NCBI GenBank assembly: GCA_021791195.1
Contig: JAJYXB010000017.1
Coordinates: forward strand, 13,422 to 77,421
DNA length: 64,000 nt
Direction of reading: 5' to 3'
Origin: Actinomycetes bacterium
Lineage (GTDB): Bacteria; Actinomycetota; Thermoleophilia; BMS3ABIN01
Shown here piece after piece: positions 37,697 to 47,461 of the stretch. Each line of letters opens with the position of its first letter. Position 1 is the stretch's first letter. The position numbers and the translations under genes were made by a program. The notes under the pieces are model-generated. The model saw only the letters and a program-made list of their open reading frames with translations. It made no database searches and was not told the DNA's origin.

Positions 37697-38806
37697 TTGA
37701 AAGCCGTGATCCTTGTGGGCGGTCAGGGCACCCGGCTGCGGCCGCTTACTCTCGGCACCCCCAAGCCGATGGTGCCGCTGGCAAACATGCCTTTCGTCTC
37801 ATACGTGCTCGAACACCTGAAGAAGAACGGCATCGAGGAGATAGTCTTTTCGATGGGATACCTGCCTGACGGCATCAAGTCCTATTTCGGCGACGGCTCC
37901 GCCTTCGGCGTCAAGGTCACGTATGTCGTCGAGGACAGGCCGCTGGGCACCGCGGGAGCGGTCAAGAACGTCGCCGAGCATATCAGCGACCATGATTTCA
38001 TGGTTCTCAACGGCGACATTCTCACCGATCTGGATCTGCGGGCGCTGATCGACTTCCATCAGAAAAAAGAAGCGATGGGCACTATCGCCCTGACGCCGGT
38101 ACAGGACCCGACCGCCTACGGGCTGGTGCGCACCGGTCCCGCCGGAGAGGTGCTTGGCTTTCTGGAAAAACCCAGCTGGGACCAGATTGACACCAACCTG
38201 ATCAACGCCGGCATCTATGTGCTGAAGAATGAAGTGCTGGACATGATCCCCGCCGGCATCGAGTATTCGTTCGAGCGGGGCGTCTTCCCGCGGCTGGTCG
38301 GCAAGGGCCTTTTCGGTTTCGGCAGCGAATGCTACTGGATGGACATCGGTACGCCGGAAAAGTATCTGCAGGCACACTATGACATCCTGGAAAAGAACGT
38401 CACTACCAGCGTTTCCGCCTGCCTGGACAAGGATTTTGTCTGCGTCCAGGGCAAGATCGAACTGCACAACGGCGCCAAGCTGGTTCCGCCGGTGATGATC
38501 GGCGAGGGCACGAGGATCGAAGCCGGCGCCCGCATCGGCAGGATGGCGGTGATCGGTCCGGGCTGCGTCATCTCCGCCGGTTCGGTCGTCGAGGAATCGG
38601 TCATCCAGGAGGGCAGCACGCTCGAGGAAAACGTGGTCGTGCGGCGCAGCATCATCGCCCGTGGCGCGCAGATCGGTCGCGACACGGTCGTGACCGCGGG
38701 CGCCATCGTGGGCGAGGAAGCGAAAGTCGGCGGGGAGAACATCCTGGCCAATAACATCCGGGTATATCCCCGGACAGTGATCCAGGAAGGCACGATCAAG
38801 TTCTAG
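37697..38806 (+). CDS. NDP-sugar pyrophosphorylase with C-terminal left-handed beta-helix (mannose-1-phosphate guanylyltransferase-like)
   Basis: AVILVGGQGTRLRPLT motif, TTG start, C-terminal hexapeptide repeats. 369 aa. Confidence 0.7.
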   Translation: MKAVILVGGQGTRLRPLTLGTPKPMVPLANMPFVSYVLEHLKKNGIEEIVFSMGYLPDGIKSYFGDGSAFGVKVTYVVEDRPLGTAGAVKNVAEHISDHDFMVLNGDILTDLDLRALIDFHQKKEAMGTIALTPVQDPTAYGLVRTGPAGEVLGFLEKPSWDQIDTNLINAGIYVLKNEVLDMIPAGIEYSFERGVFPRLVGKGLFGFGSECYWMDIGTPEKYLQAHYDILEKNVTTSVSACLDKDFVCVQGKIELHNGAKLVPPVMIGEGTRIEAGARIGRMAVIGPGCVISAGSVVEESVIQEGSTLEENVVVRRSIIARGAQIGRDTVVTAGAIVGEEAKVGGENILANNIRVYPRTVIQEGTIKF

Positions 38807-38822
38807 CCGGCCGGCAGCCGGT

Positions 38823-40106
38823 TCAGCTGTGGCCGATGCCTTCGTAGGTGAAGCCGGCGGCGCGGATCTCCTCCGCATTAAGGAAATTGCGGCCGTCGAT
38901 GATCAGGTGATGGCGCATCCGCTTCTTCATCTCCGCCAGCGGCAGGTGCGCGAACTCCTCCCACTCCGTGACCAGCACAGCGGCATCGCAGTTCTCCACG
39001 GCCGTGAGCACATCATCGCACAGCAGCACTCCGCGCACGCTTCTGGCCGCATCCGGGATCGCCACCGGGTCGTATGCCTTGACGTAGGCGCCGTCACCCA
39101 GCAGCCGGGAGGCGAGCACAATCGAGGACGCCTCTCGCAGATCGTTGGTATTGGGCTTGAAGGCCAGCCCCAGCAACGCAACCGTCTTGTCGTTGAGCGG
39201 TCCGAGGTGCTTCTTCAGCTTGTTGACAACACGGCGCTTTTGTAACTCATTGACCTCGATCACGGCCGTCAGCAGCTGGAAGTGATAGCCGGAGTTGCCG
39301 GCAATCTGCTTCAGCGCCGCGACATCCTTGGGAAAGCAGGAGCCTCCGTAACCGATGCCGGCCTGCAGGAAATGCTTGCCGATCCGGGCATCGTAACCCA
39401 TGCCTTCGGCGACGACGGTAACGTCGGCGCCGATCTCCTCGCAGACGTTGGCAATCTCGTTGATGAAAGAGATCTTCGTTGCCAGAAAGGCATTGGATGC
39501 GTACTTGATCATCTCGGCGGTGGCGATGTTGGTCTTCAGGATGGGAGCTTTCATCCTGGTGTACAGCGCCGCTACTCTCTCACTGGCTTCCGGTTCCCGC
39601 GAGCCGATGACGACCCGGTCCGGATTGAGGAAATCGCCGATCGCCGAACCCTCTCGCAGGAATTCCGGGTTCGAGACGTAAGCGATGTTATCCATTTTCT
39701 GGCGGGCCAGCTCGCTGCTGATCTTGAGGCCGGTGCCTACAGGCACGGTGCTCTTCATTACCAGAATATGTTGTCCGGAGGAGAGTCCCGGCAGCGCTGA
39801 GATTACGGCGAAGACACGGCTTAAGTCGGCATCTCCGGTGAAGGAGGGCGGCGTGTCGACCGCAATGAACACGATCTCGCATTTCTCGAAGATCTCGTCG
39901 AGCGAGGTGGTGAAATGCATGCGCTCCCGGTTCTTTACCACCAGCTCGGGCAGCCCCGGTTCGAAGATGGGGACCTTGCCCTCACGCAGCGAAGCGATCT
40001 TTTCCGCGTCGATGTCCATGCAGACGACGTCATTGCCCAGCTCGGCCAGGCAGGTGGCCGTCACCAGGCCCACGTAACCGATGCCGATAATGCCGACGCT
40101 GCTCAT
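38823..40106 (-). CDS. ugd: UDP-glucose/GDP-mannose 6-dehydrogenase
   Basis: VGIIGIGYVGLVTATCLA NAD-binding motif, catalytic GGSCFPKD. 427 aa. Confidence 0.85.
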   Translation of the reverse strand: MSSVGIIGIGYVGLVTATCLAELGNDVVCMDIDAEKIASLREGKVPIFEPGLPELVVKNRERMHFTTSLDEIFEKCEIVFIAVDTPPSFTGDADLSRVFAVISALPGLSSGQHILVMKSTVPVGTGLKISSELARQKMDNIAYVSNPEFLREGSAIGDFLNPDRVVIGSREPEASERVAALYTRMKAPILKTNIATAEMIKYASNAFLATKISFINEIANVCEEIGADVTVVAEGMGYDARIGKHFLQAGIGYGGSCFPKDVAALKQIAGNSGYHFQLLTAVIEVNELQKRRVVNKLKKHLGPLNDKTVALLGLAFKPNTNDLREASSIVLASRLLGDGAYVKAYDPVAIPDAARSVRGVLLCDDVLTAVENCDAAVLVTEWEEFAHLPLAEMKKRMRHHLIIDGRNFLNAEEIRAAGFTYEGIGHS

Positions 40107-40176
40107 GCCCCTGCACCGCCCGCACCATCAGGCCGGCAGGCATGCGAAACTCCCGTGGTCGCGCACCGAGGTCGCC

Positions 40177-41925
40177 TCATAGCGGCTTGAAGGATGTGGC
40201 CAGCTGCACCATGGTCTCCTCGCTGAGCGAGTTCTGCAGCGAGTTGCTGATCCAGAGGGCCACGTTGCCGTTCTGCCAGGCGAGATACCTGAGCTGTCCG
40301 TCCACGTAAAAGAACCGGTACATCTTTCCCTGGATTTCTTTTTCCACGCTGGGCGCCTGCAGGAGCGGCGCATCCGTGAAAGTTGTCTCCATTATTCCCC
40401 AATAGTCCCCCGACTGGTCTTTGCCGACCACTTTGAGCGCCGGCCTGGAGCCGTCATCGGTCGAAATGTTGTAAGAGTAAAATCCGCCACCGGCGTATGA
40501 GAATTCCCTGGGAAAATCGGTCGGCTTCTCGATCCTGAACGGGACCTTGAGCGAAATTGACTGCCACGCGAACTTTCCGGTAATGGAATCCTGCTGGAAA
40601 TGCAGCGCCGGCGACATCTCTGGCTGCCTCTGCGTCAGATCACCGCCGAAGTTGTTGCCAACGATCACCAGCAGCTGGCTCTTTGTCGCCAGGCCTTCGG
40701 GCAGTGGTTCCACCTTGCAGGGCTTCAGCAGCGTGGACAGTTCGTTGGCCGCCGGCCGGAACCCTTCAGTGTAGTATACCTCGTTATCGGAGTAGCTGTT
40801 ATGCGTGTCGCCGGCAACGGAGATGGTGGTGAAACCTTTCCGCTTGAGCATGCCGGCCGCCAGACTGGCGGCGCCGGCCTTGCTGCCGCCGTTCATCACC
40901 GCCACCGAAACCTTCCTGGTATTGTCGGAAGGCACCGTACGCGCCGGCGCTCCCGGAACCGCCGGATCCGGCTGGTCGAACCGCGGGGATTCGAAATCCT
41001 TCATCACCCGGGCCAGGCCGGTCGCATCCAGCAGCACCTGGTTGCCGCTCTCGTAAATAGGGGCCTGGACCTGATAGATGTGTTCCTTGTTGAGCTCGAC
41101 CAGGAATTTTGAGAGCGAAATGATCCCGCCGCGGTCGATGTCGGAAGTGGTGTTGCTGGCGAAGACATCCGCCAGCTCCGGCAGCTTGGTGACGTTGCCC
41201 CACTGCATCGACTGCGCCTTGGCATCCCGGAGGAAATACTGCTGCCGCCTGATCCGCATGAAGTCGCTGTCAGTGTGGCGGAACCTGACGTAGTGCAGCG
41301 CATCTTGCCCGTTCAGCCGCTGGTAACCGGGCATGACGTCGATGGGGTCGTAGCCTTCCCCGGGGGCGGCGTCGCTGTTGTCGTTGTAATAGCGGTGATC
41401 CACATCCACGTAAATGCCGCCAAGGGCATCGACCGCTTTGGAGAACCCGTCAAAGTCCATGACGACAAAATGGTGGATCGGCTCGCCGGTCAGCTTGCGT
41501 ACGGTTTCGATGGCCAGCGGTACGCCGCCGTATGAATAGGCGGCGTTGATCTTGTCACTGCCGTGGCCGGGGATCTGCACGATCAGGTCGCGGGGGATGG
41601 ACAGCACCGACAGGGTGTTGCCCTGGGGGTCGACGCGCACCAGCATGAGGGTGTCGGAGCGGTGAGAGCTGCTGTCGGGGTCTTTATCGGCTCCCATCAC
41701 CAGGATGTTTTCCGGCTGGTCGGGCGGAGGGATGTCGAGCGAGGTCTTCGCCCCTTCGATGACCTGCGTGTTCTGCCCCACTTTCCCCAGCGTGTGGTAA
41801 ACGAAGAAGAATCCTGCCAGACCCGCGGTGAAAACGACGACCAGGAGCGCAACCACGGACCACTTGATGACTCGTTTCCACAGCGCTGGTTTTCTGTAAT
41901 GACGCCCGCGGTTGAACGGTCTCAT
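40177..41925 (-). CDS. LytR-CpsA-Psr (LCP) family cell-envelope glycopolymer transferase
   Basis: N-terminal TM. LCP core ...LVRVDPQGNTLSVLSIPRDL...INAAYSYGG. Long C-terminal extension. Confidence 0.8.
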   Translation of the reverse strand: MRPFNRGRHYRKPALWKRVIKWSVVALLVVVFTAGLAGFFFVYHTLGKVGQNTQVIEGAKTSLDIPPPDQPENILVMGADKDPDSSSHRSDTLMLVRVDPQGNTLSVLSIPRDLIVQIPGHGSDKINAAYSYGGVPLAIETVRKLTGEPIHHFVVMDFDGFSKAVDALGGIYVDVDHRYYNDNSDAAPGEGYDPIDVMPGYQRLNGQDALHYVRFRHTDSDFMRIRRQQYFLRDAKAQSMQWGNVTKLPELADVFASNTTSDIDRGGIISLSKFLVELNKEHIYQVQAPIYESGNQVLLDATGLARVMKDFESPRFDQPDPAVPGAPARTVPSDNTRKVSVAVMNGGSKAGAASLAAGMLKRKGFTTISVAGDTHNSYSDNEVYYTEGFRPAANELSTLLKPCKVEPLPEGLATKSQLLVIVGNNFGGDLTQRQPEMSPALHFQQDSITGKFAWQSISLKVPFRIEKPTDFPREFSYAGGGFYSYNISTDDGSRPALKVVGKDQSGDYWGIMETTFTDAPLLQAPSVEKEIQGKMYRFFYVDGQLRYLAWQNGNVALWISNSLQNSLSEETMVQLATSFKPL

Positions 41926-41994
41926 GGGCCCTCCGCAAATTCCCCCGATAAAAAAATTGCCTCCCCCGGAGGCTGGGACATTATATGCTTCCTG

Positions 41995-43047
41995 CTATTT
42001 TCCGGCAACCGGCTGGCGGCCGGAACGGCCCTCGCTGACATTTCGATAGATCTGTTCGTAGCCGTCGGCCGCTTTGGCGACGCTGAATGTATCCTGGACA
42101 TAGCGGCGGCATGCCTCCGGATCGATCTCGTCCAGCCGGCCCAGCTTCTCGACCATCTCATCAACATTGTCCACCACGAAGCCGGTGACTCCGTCGGCGA
42201 CAACCTCAGGCACCGATCCCTCGGGGAAGGCCAGCACCGGCGTGCCGGCGGCCATCGCTTCGATCATCACCAGTCCGAACGGCTCCGGCCACTGGATCGG
42301 GAACAGGAACGCCCTGGCATTGGCAAACAGGTTCCATTTCTCCGACAGCGACACCTCGCCCACGAACCTGATCTGCTCGCCATCGACTTCCGGTTTGATC
42401 ACCGTCTCGAAATAGTCCCGGGAGACCTGTTGCACGGCTCCGGCGATGACCAGATTGCTGCCGGTGCGTTTGGCTACCTCAATGGCGGTGTGAAACCCCT
42501 TGTCAGCACAGATCCGTCCAAAAGCCAGCAGGAAATCATCCTTCTGTTCCCGTCCGCGGAAAGTCCAGTTGGCGATATCGATCGGGTTATAGACCGTGCC
42601 GGCATAATTGAGGTCGGGACAGCAGCTGCGCTGGTATTTACTGATGGCGACGTAGTGCGCGGAGGTGCGAGAATTGCGGTAAAAGGAGCAGATGTCGTTG
42701 TTGAAAGGCCCATGCAGCGTATGCACCACGGGCGTGTCGATGAACTCGGCGACGGCCGCGGCGATGAAGCCGGAGTGGTCCTGGATAACATCGAAGTCGC
42801 CGGCCTGCCGGAAGCAGCTGATGACCTGCTGGACATCGTACATCGTCTGTCCGATGCGGTCGGGCATCTCGCGGGGGAAGGCCGCCACCAGCCTGGCCCT
42901 GGTGACAGAATCGCCGGTGGCAAACAGGGTCACGTCATGTCCGCGCTCAACCAGCTCGTCGGTAATGTAATGCACCACCCATTCGATGCCGCCGTAGCCC
43001 GCGGGCGGAATCTTGATCCAGGGCGGCGCCAGCATGCCTATCTTCAC
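41995..43047 (-). CDS. GT4 family glycosyltransferase
   Basis: MKIGMLAPPWIKIPPAGYGGIEWVV N-terminus. C-terminal ...EPFGLVMIEAMAAGTPV EX7E motif. Confidence 0.75.
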   Translation of the reverse strand: MKIGMLAPPWIKIPPAGYGGIEWVVHYITDELVERGHDVTLFATGDSVTRARLVAAFPREMPDRIGQTMYDVQQVISCFRQAGDFDVIQDHSGFIAAAVAEFIDTPVVHTLHGPFNNDICSFYRNSRTSAHYVAISKYQRSCCPDLNYAGTVYNPIDIANWTFRGREQKDDFLLAFGRICADKGFHTAIEVAKRTGSNLVIAGAVQQVSRDYFETVIKPEVDGEQIRFVGEVSLSEKWNLFANARAFLFPIQWPEPFGLVMIEAMAAGTPVLAFPEGSVPEVVADGVTGFVVDNVDEMVEKLGRLDEIDPEACRRYVQDTFSVAKAADGYEQIYRNVSEGRSGRQPVAGK

Positions 43048-43089
43048 GTGGTGCCCCGTTTTATGGTCAAGACAGTTCCAGGATGTGGA

Positions 43090-44136
43090 TTAATTACCCC
43101 GGGAGGGCATTTCTGAATCTGTTTCGGACAGGGCCCTGCCAACCTCTGTGCGCAGGAACCCGATGATCTGGTTCGCAGTTTCGCCGCTGACTGAGGCGCC
43201 GGCCGCCTGTGCATGGCCGCCGCCGCCTTTCAGCCTGGCGATCCGCTGGACGTTCACCTTCGCGGAAGAGGAGCGGAGGCTGAGGCGGTAAAACGGCTCG
43301 CCTTCGTTCTCATGGTTGGTGCGCGCGTAGACCAGGCATGCCACCATCACTCCGTCGATCGCCCGCAGGTTGTCTACCAGCCCCTCGGTGGACTCATTGC
43401 TGGTGCCGGTCTGGTCGAAATCGGCCTGCTCCAGCACCGCTACCGCCAGCCGGCCGTCCAGCGCCAGGGTCAGATGTTCGAACATGCGGCAGAAGAGTCT
43501 GGTCTTGCTCAGTGGCACGCGTTCGTACACCGCGCGGAAGATGGCGGTATGGTCCACCCCTCGTCCGATCAGGTCCGCCGCTACCCGGAAGGTGGCCGGG
43601 GAAGCCGACGAATACTGGAAACGGCCGCTGTCCACGAGGATGCCCGTGTAAAGCGCCTCCGCGATCTCGGGCGTGATCTCGGCACCGAGCCGTTCGAGGA
43701 TGAAATACAGGATCTCGGCGGTGGAGCTGGCGCCGTCGACCACGAGGTTGATCTCGCCGAAACGTGTGTTATCGGCGTGATGGTCGATGTTGATTATTCG
43801 TCGCGCCTCCGCAACCAGTTGGTCGTTGCCGACGCGCTCGGCGTTGCCGCAGTCGACGCACACCAGGGTGCGTGTTCCGGAATCCGCCGGCGGATCGCCG
43901 CGCACGACCTCTGCCAGGCCTTTGAGAAAGTGCCATTCGGGTGCTACCGGCTCAGTGGAAGAAATGTACATCACGGAATCGGCGCCCAGCTGGGTCATTG
44001 AACGGTGCAGGGCAATCAGGCAGCCAATGGCATCGCCGTCCGGGTTGACGTGGCAGGTGATAAGCACTCTGGGTTCCCGCTTCAGGGCCTCGGCAACGGC
44101 CTTCAGGGCCTGATCGATGGATTGGGAAGCGGTCAC
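43090..44136 (-). CDS. nrnA: DHH/DHHA1 phosphoesterase NrnA-like (oligoribonuclease / pAp phosphatase)
   Basis: CHVNPDGDAIG, INIDHHADN and GGGHAQAAG motifs. Confidence 0.75.
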   Translation of the reverse strand: MTASQSIDQALKAVAEALKREPRVLITCHVNPDGDAIGCLIALHRSMTQLGADSVMYISSTEPVAPEWHFLKGLAEVVRGDPPADSGTRTLVCVDCGNAERVGNDQLVAEARRIINIDHHADNTRFGEINLVVDGASSTAEILYFILERLGAEITPEIAEALYTGILVDSGRFQYSSASPATFRVAADLIGRGVDHTAIFRAVYERVPLSKTRLFCRMFEHLTLALDGRLAVAVLEQADFDQTGTSNESTEGLVDNLRAIDGVMVACLVYARTNHENEGEPFYRLSLRSSSAKVNVQRIARLKGGGGHAQAAGASVSGETANQIIGFLRTEVGRALSETDSEMPSRGN

Positions 44137-44158
44137 CGGGCGTTACCGCGGAGCAACA

Positions 44159-45600
44159 CTAATTGCCAGCCTCGCCATGATTGCGGGCCGGTTTGAGCGG
44201 ATTTACCGACTTGAGCGGCTCAAGATAATTGCGGCCGTCCGCGAATTCCCGGGCTGATTTGAGGATGCGCCGCAGGTGGCTGAAGGTCAGCCGGCGGGTG
44301 GCCAGTCCCTTGATCAGCGGCACGGCCCGCTGCACCAGGACGCCGGAATTTACATATGCCGTGCGGTAGAGGCTGGCGAATTCCTTGTAGAACTCGGCCG
44401 GATCCAGCTTGGTTGGCACTACCGAGTGGAGAAAGTCGTACAGCTCGTAATTCCTGGTGACGATCTTGCCTTCGATCTCCCTGAAGAGGTCGGTGCCCGG
44501 CAGCGGCGTCAGCACGGTGAACTGGGGGACGTTGACGCCGTGGCTGGTAACGTAGTTGCGCAGCCGCTCGAACTCCTGGTGGCCGTAATCCGGGTTGATG
44601 ATGAAGGCGCCCGTGACCGATACGTCCTGTCCCCGGATGATCTTCAGCGCTGCGTCATTGGTGGCGACGCTGTTCTTCTTGTTCACCGCCTTGAGCTCTT
44701 CCTCGTCCAGGCTTTCAAAACCGATGAAAACGTGCGAAAGGCCGACCTTGTGCCATTTGGCGATGATCTCGGGATGCTTGACGATGGTATCGCTGCGCGC
44801 CTGAAAAGAATAGTGCTTCTTGATGCCGCGCGCCATGAGCAGATCGGCGATCGCATCCGCGCGCTTGACGCTCATCAGGAAATTGTCATCGGTGATCAGG
44901 ACAAACTTCTCTTTCAGCCGCGCCAGCTCCTCGACCACCCGTTCGGGGCTCTTGGTGCGGCAGCGTCCCTCGAAGAAGGCCCAGACGCTGCAGAAATTGC
45001 AGCGGTGCGGGCAGCCGCGGGCGGTCTCGATGGTCGCCAGCGGCTTCCAGAAATTGAAGAAGTAGCGCCGCCGCCGTCTCTTCGGCACGAGGTCCCGGGC
45101 AGGAAACGGCAAATCATCCATGTTGTCAACAGGCTTGCGCGCTCCGGTGGAGATCTGGCCATCCGCGGTGTTGAGCATCAGTCCCGGGACGCTGTTGAGG
45201 TCGCCGCCGTCCCGCAAAGTGTTGATCAGTTCAGGGGCGCCGAATTCGCCTTCGCCGATGACGATGGCGTCGATCGCCTCACCGCTGAAGTCAGAAGGAT
45301 TGAGTGAGGCATGCAGCCCGCCGATGAACACGAACGGGGCGCCATTGTCCTTGGCGACCTGCGCGATTTTCTGCGTGCGGAAGACATCGATGGTGAATGA
45401 GCAGCTGATGCCGACAGCATCGGGGCGGAAATCAGCCAGCGCCGGTTCCAGGTCGCCGTCGACACGCATGTCATGGATGCGCACCTCATGGTCCGGGACG
45501 AGCGCGCCAGCGACCATCTCCAGTCCGAGCGGCTCGACCAGGGCTACCTTGGTAAAGCCGGGCTTGCCAAACTGCGGTGGTTGTACCAGAAGAACTTTCA
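44159..45600 (-). CDS. B12-binding-domain radical SAM protein
   Basis: N-terminal Rossmann-like cobalamin-binding domain (MKVLLVQPP...AVGISCSF...FIGGLHAS). Radical SAM motif ARGCPHRCNFCSVW. ~480 aa. Confidence 0.75.
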
Positions 45601-45694
45601 TAGGTAAAAATTTCCCGATTTCAATGAAAAGCATCCTATTAGATTGGGTCAAAAAGTGCAATGCGGCGCTACCTGGCCGCATGGGCTCCGAACG

Positions 45695-46744
45695 TCATGC
45701 TTTCCGGGATATTTGGAACTCGGCCGCGGTTCCTTCCTCATGCTGGATGAAGAACCTGATCGCCAGCAGCAACAACAGATCGAAAATGAAGCCGGGCAGG
45801 GCGTCGAACCCCTCGCTAATGAACAGGAAGAACTGGCTGATGAAGATGGAGATCAGCATCGAGCGCTCGAACATCCTGAAAGCGGCCAGGCGCGAGCGCC
45901 GGATCAGTATCAGCCCCCAGAAAACAAAGATGCTGGCGATGAGATTGGAACCCAGGATGGCCCATTCAGCGAACGAAAGTACGTCTATCTTCGCCGCGAT
46001 CGAGCCACCTCCGAACATCAGCGCCAGCATCGTCGCCGCGGCGCTTGCCGCCTGGATGACGAAAAAAGCGACGATCACGTTGTTGAACCAGCGCCGGCTT
46101 GCCAGTGTCCGGTAACGGCGGTGCCAGTAGCCTTTCCAGCGCTCGTACGCAGCCGCCGGCCTGGCTTCGGGCACGGCGCCGGCCCGGTCGATTATCTCGA
46201 GCAGGCTGGCTGTGAGCCAGTCCTGGCTTGCCTGATCCAGGGCGGCAAGCACGCGTTCGCGCGTATCTTCCCGGAAGCTGCCCGCCGGGATGTCCCGCAT
46301 CTCGTTGATGGCGTTACTCAGGACCTCGATGCGCGTGAAATTCCAGGCGGTGAGGATGTAGCGTGCCGCCAGGAAGATGGCCACGAAGGTGACGTACATG
46401 ATCGCCACCGCCGGCTGAAAGAAGTAATTGTTATCCCGGGTAACAAACTTCCCCACTTCGTCGATGAAGAGGCCGAAGCCGGCGCCGCCCGCAAGCGCCG
46501 CCAGCTCCTCGGCGCCCCGGTTAAGGAAGAGGATCAGGACCAGGATCGCCGCCGCCATCAGCAGCCCGCCCCAGAGCACGTGGGCGACGTGGATGGACGA
46601 GCCGCCGCCGAGCCTGGGGAAGCCGGTCAGCTCCAGAAACAGCCGCACCCCCAGGATGGTGACGATGGCGGAGATGAAAAAATATTCGGTGCCCCGCATG
46701 GCGCGGGAATCGCGGATCGGGTGTATTTGCAAATTTGCCGCCAT
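45695..46744 (-). CDS. hypothetical polytopic membrane protein
   Basis: 349 aa from internal ATG (MAANLQIHP). ~8 TM helices with a central soluble loop. No family recognised. Confidence 0.45.
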   Translation of the reverse strand: MAANLQIHPIRDSRAMRGTEYFFISAIVTILGVRLFLELTGFPRLGGGSSIHVAHVLWGGLLMAAAILVLILFLNRGAEELAALAGGAGFGLFIDEVGKFVTRDNNYFFQPAVAIMYVTFVAIFLAARYILTAWNFTRIEVLSNAINEMRDIPAGSFREDTRERVLAALDQASQDWLTASLLEIIDRAGAVPEARPAAAYERWKGYWHRRYRTLASRRWFNNVIVAFFVIQAASAAATMLALMFGGGSIAAKIDVLSFAEWAILGSNLIASIFVFWGLILIRRSRLAAFRMFERSMLISIFISQFFLFISEGFDALPGFIFDLLLLLAIRFFIQHEEGTAAEFQISRKA

Positions 46745-46865
46745 CACGAAGAGCCTCCCTTCCAAATTTGTCGGTCCGGGCGACGGACGGCCGGGAACGC
46801 GGCGGACTTGCACAGGGCCCTGTTACCTTTGCCAGGCGGAATCGAAACGCGAGGATGCCCGAGGG

Positions 46866-47282
46866 CTACCGGCTGCCGGTAGCGGCGGTGGTCGCGGCGG
46901 GCGCAGTCTGCGCCGGCGGAGCCGCCTGCCTGACCCAGATTCCGCCGGAAGGATCGGTGATCTTGCCGTCACCTATCTTGCCGGTGACCGGCGGCTTCTG
47001 GAACTCGGCGTAAGCGGTCAGCGTCAGTGTGCCGCCGGAGACAGCGAATTTGCCGGTCGTATCAAGGCCGGGCTCTTTGAGATGATAGGTGCCGTCGGCC
47101 TTGAGCTCGATGAAGCTGCCGCCGCTCCTGGAACTGCTGTAGTAGCCGGCGTAGTCGGCCGGATTGGCCTGGTTGGTGCCGCCCGAGCCGCAGCCGGCCG
47201 CAGCCGCCAGCAGGCCGGCGATGAGGCCGAAACCAGCCAGAGGCAGGATTATCCTATGCAGATTTCTCAGGTCGGGCATCAT
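46866..47282 (-). CDS. putative lipoprotein
   Basis: Signal peptide ending in lipobox LAAAAGC. Gly/Thr-rich mature region. Confidence 0.45.
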   Translation of the reverse strand: MMPDLRNLHRIILPLAGFGLIAGLLAAAAGCGSGGTNQANPADYAGYYSSSRSGGSFIELKADGTYHLKEPGLDTTGKFAVSGGTLTLTAYAEFQKPPVTGKIGDGKITDPSGGIWVRQAAPPAQTAPAATTAATGSR

Positions 47283-47317
47283 TTTGCACCATTTCTTAAG
47301 CACCGGCGACGGGGGGA

Positions 47318-47394
47318 TGGCGCCCCGAGAAGGATTCGAACCTTCGACCTACCGCTTAGGAGGCGGTCGCTCTCATCCTCTGAGCTATCGGGGC
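47318..47394 (-). tRNA. tRNA-Arg (anticodon CCT)
   Basis: Reverse complement folds as GCCCCGA-TAGCTCAGAGGAT...ACCGC-CTCCTAA-GCGGT...GGTTCGAATCC...TCGGGGC-G-CCA with encoded CCA. Anticodon loop CT-CCT-AA. Confidence 0.85.
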
Positions 47395-47461
47395 GGACGA
47401 TCCAGGCGCCGCACAGCGACATTCTAGAGGTTTTTGCCACCAAATCCGAAACGCGCCTGCC

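Noticed and set aside
41563-43116. 517-aa plus-strand ORF
   Set aside because: Antisense to the GT4 and NrnA genes. No motifs.
47318-47394. Integrative element at tRNA-Arg
   Set aside because: No integrase, direct repeat of the tRNA 3' end, or compositional shift on either side. Flanking genes are ordinary chromosomal genes.
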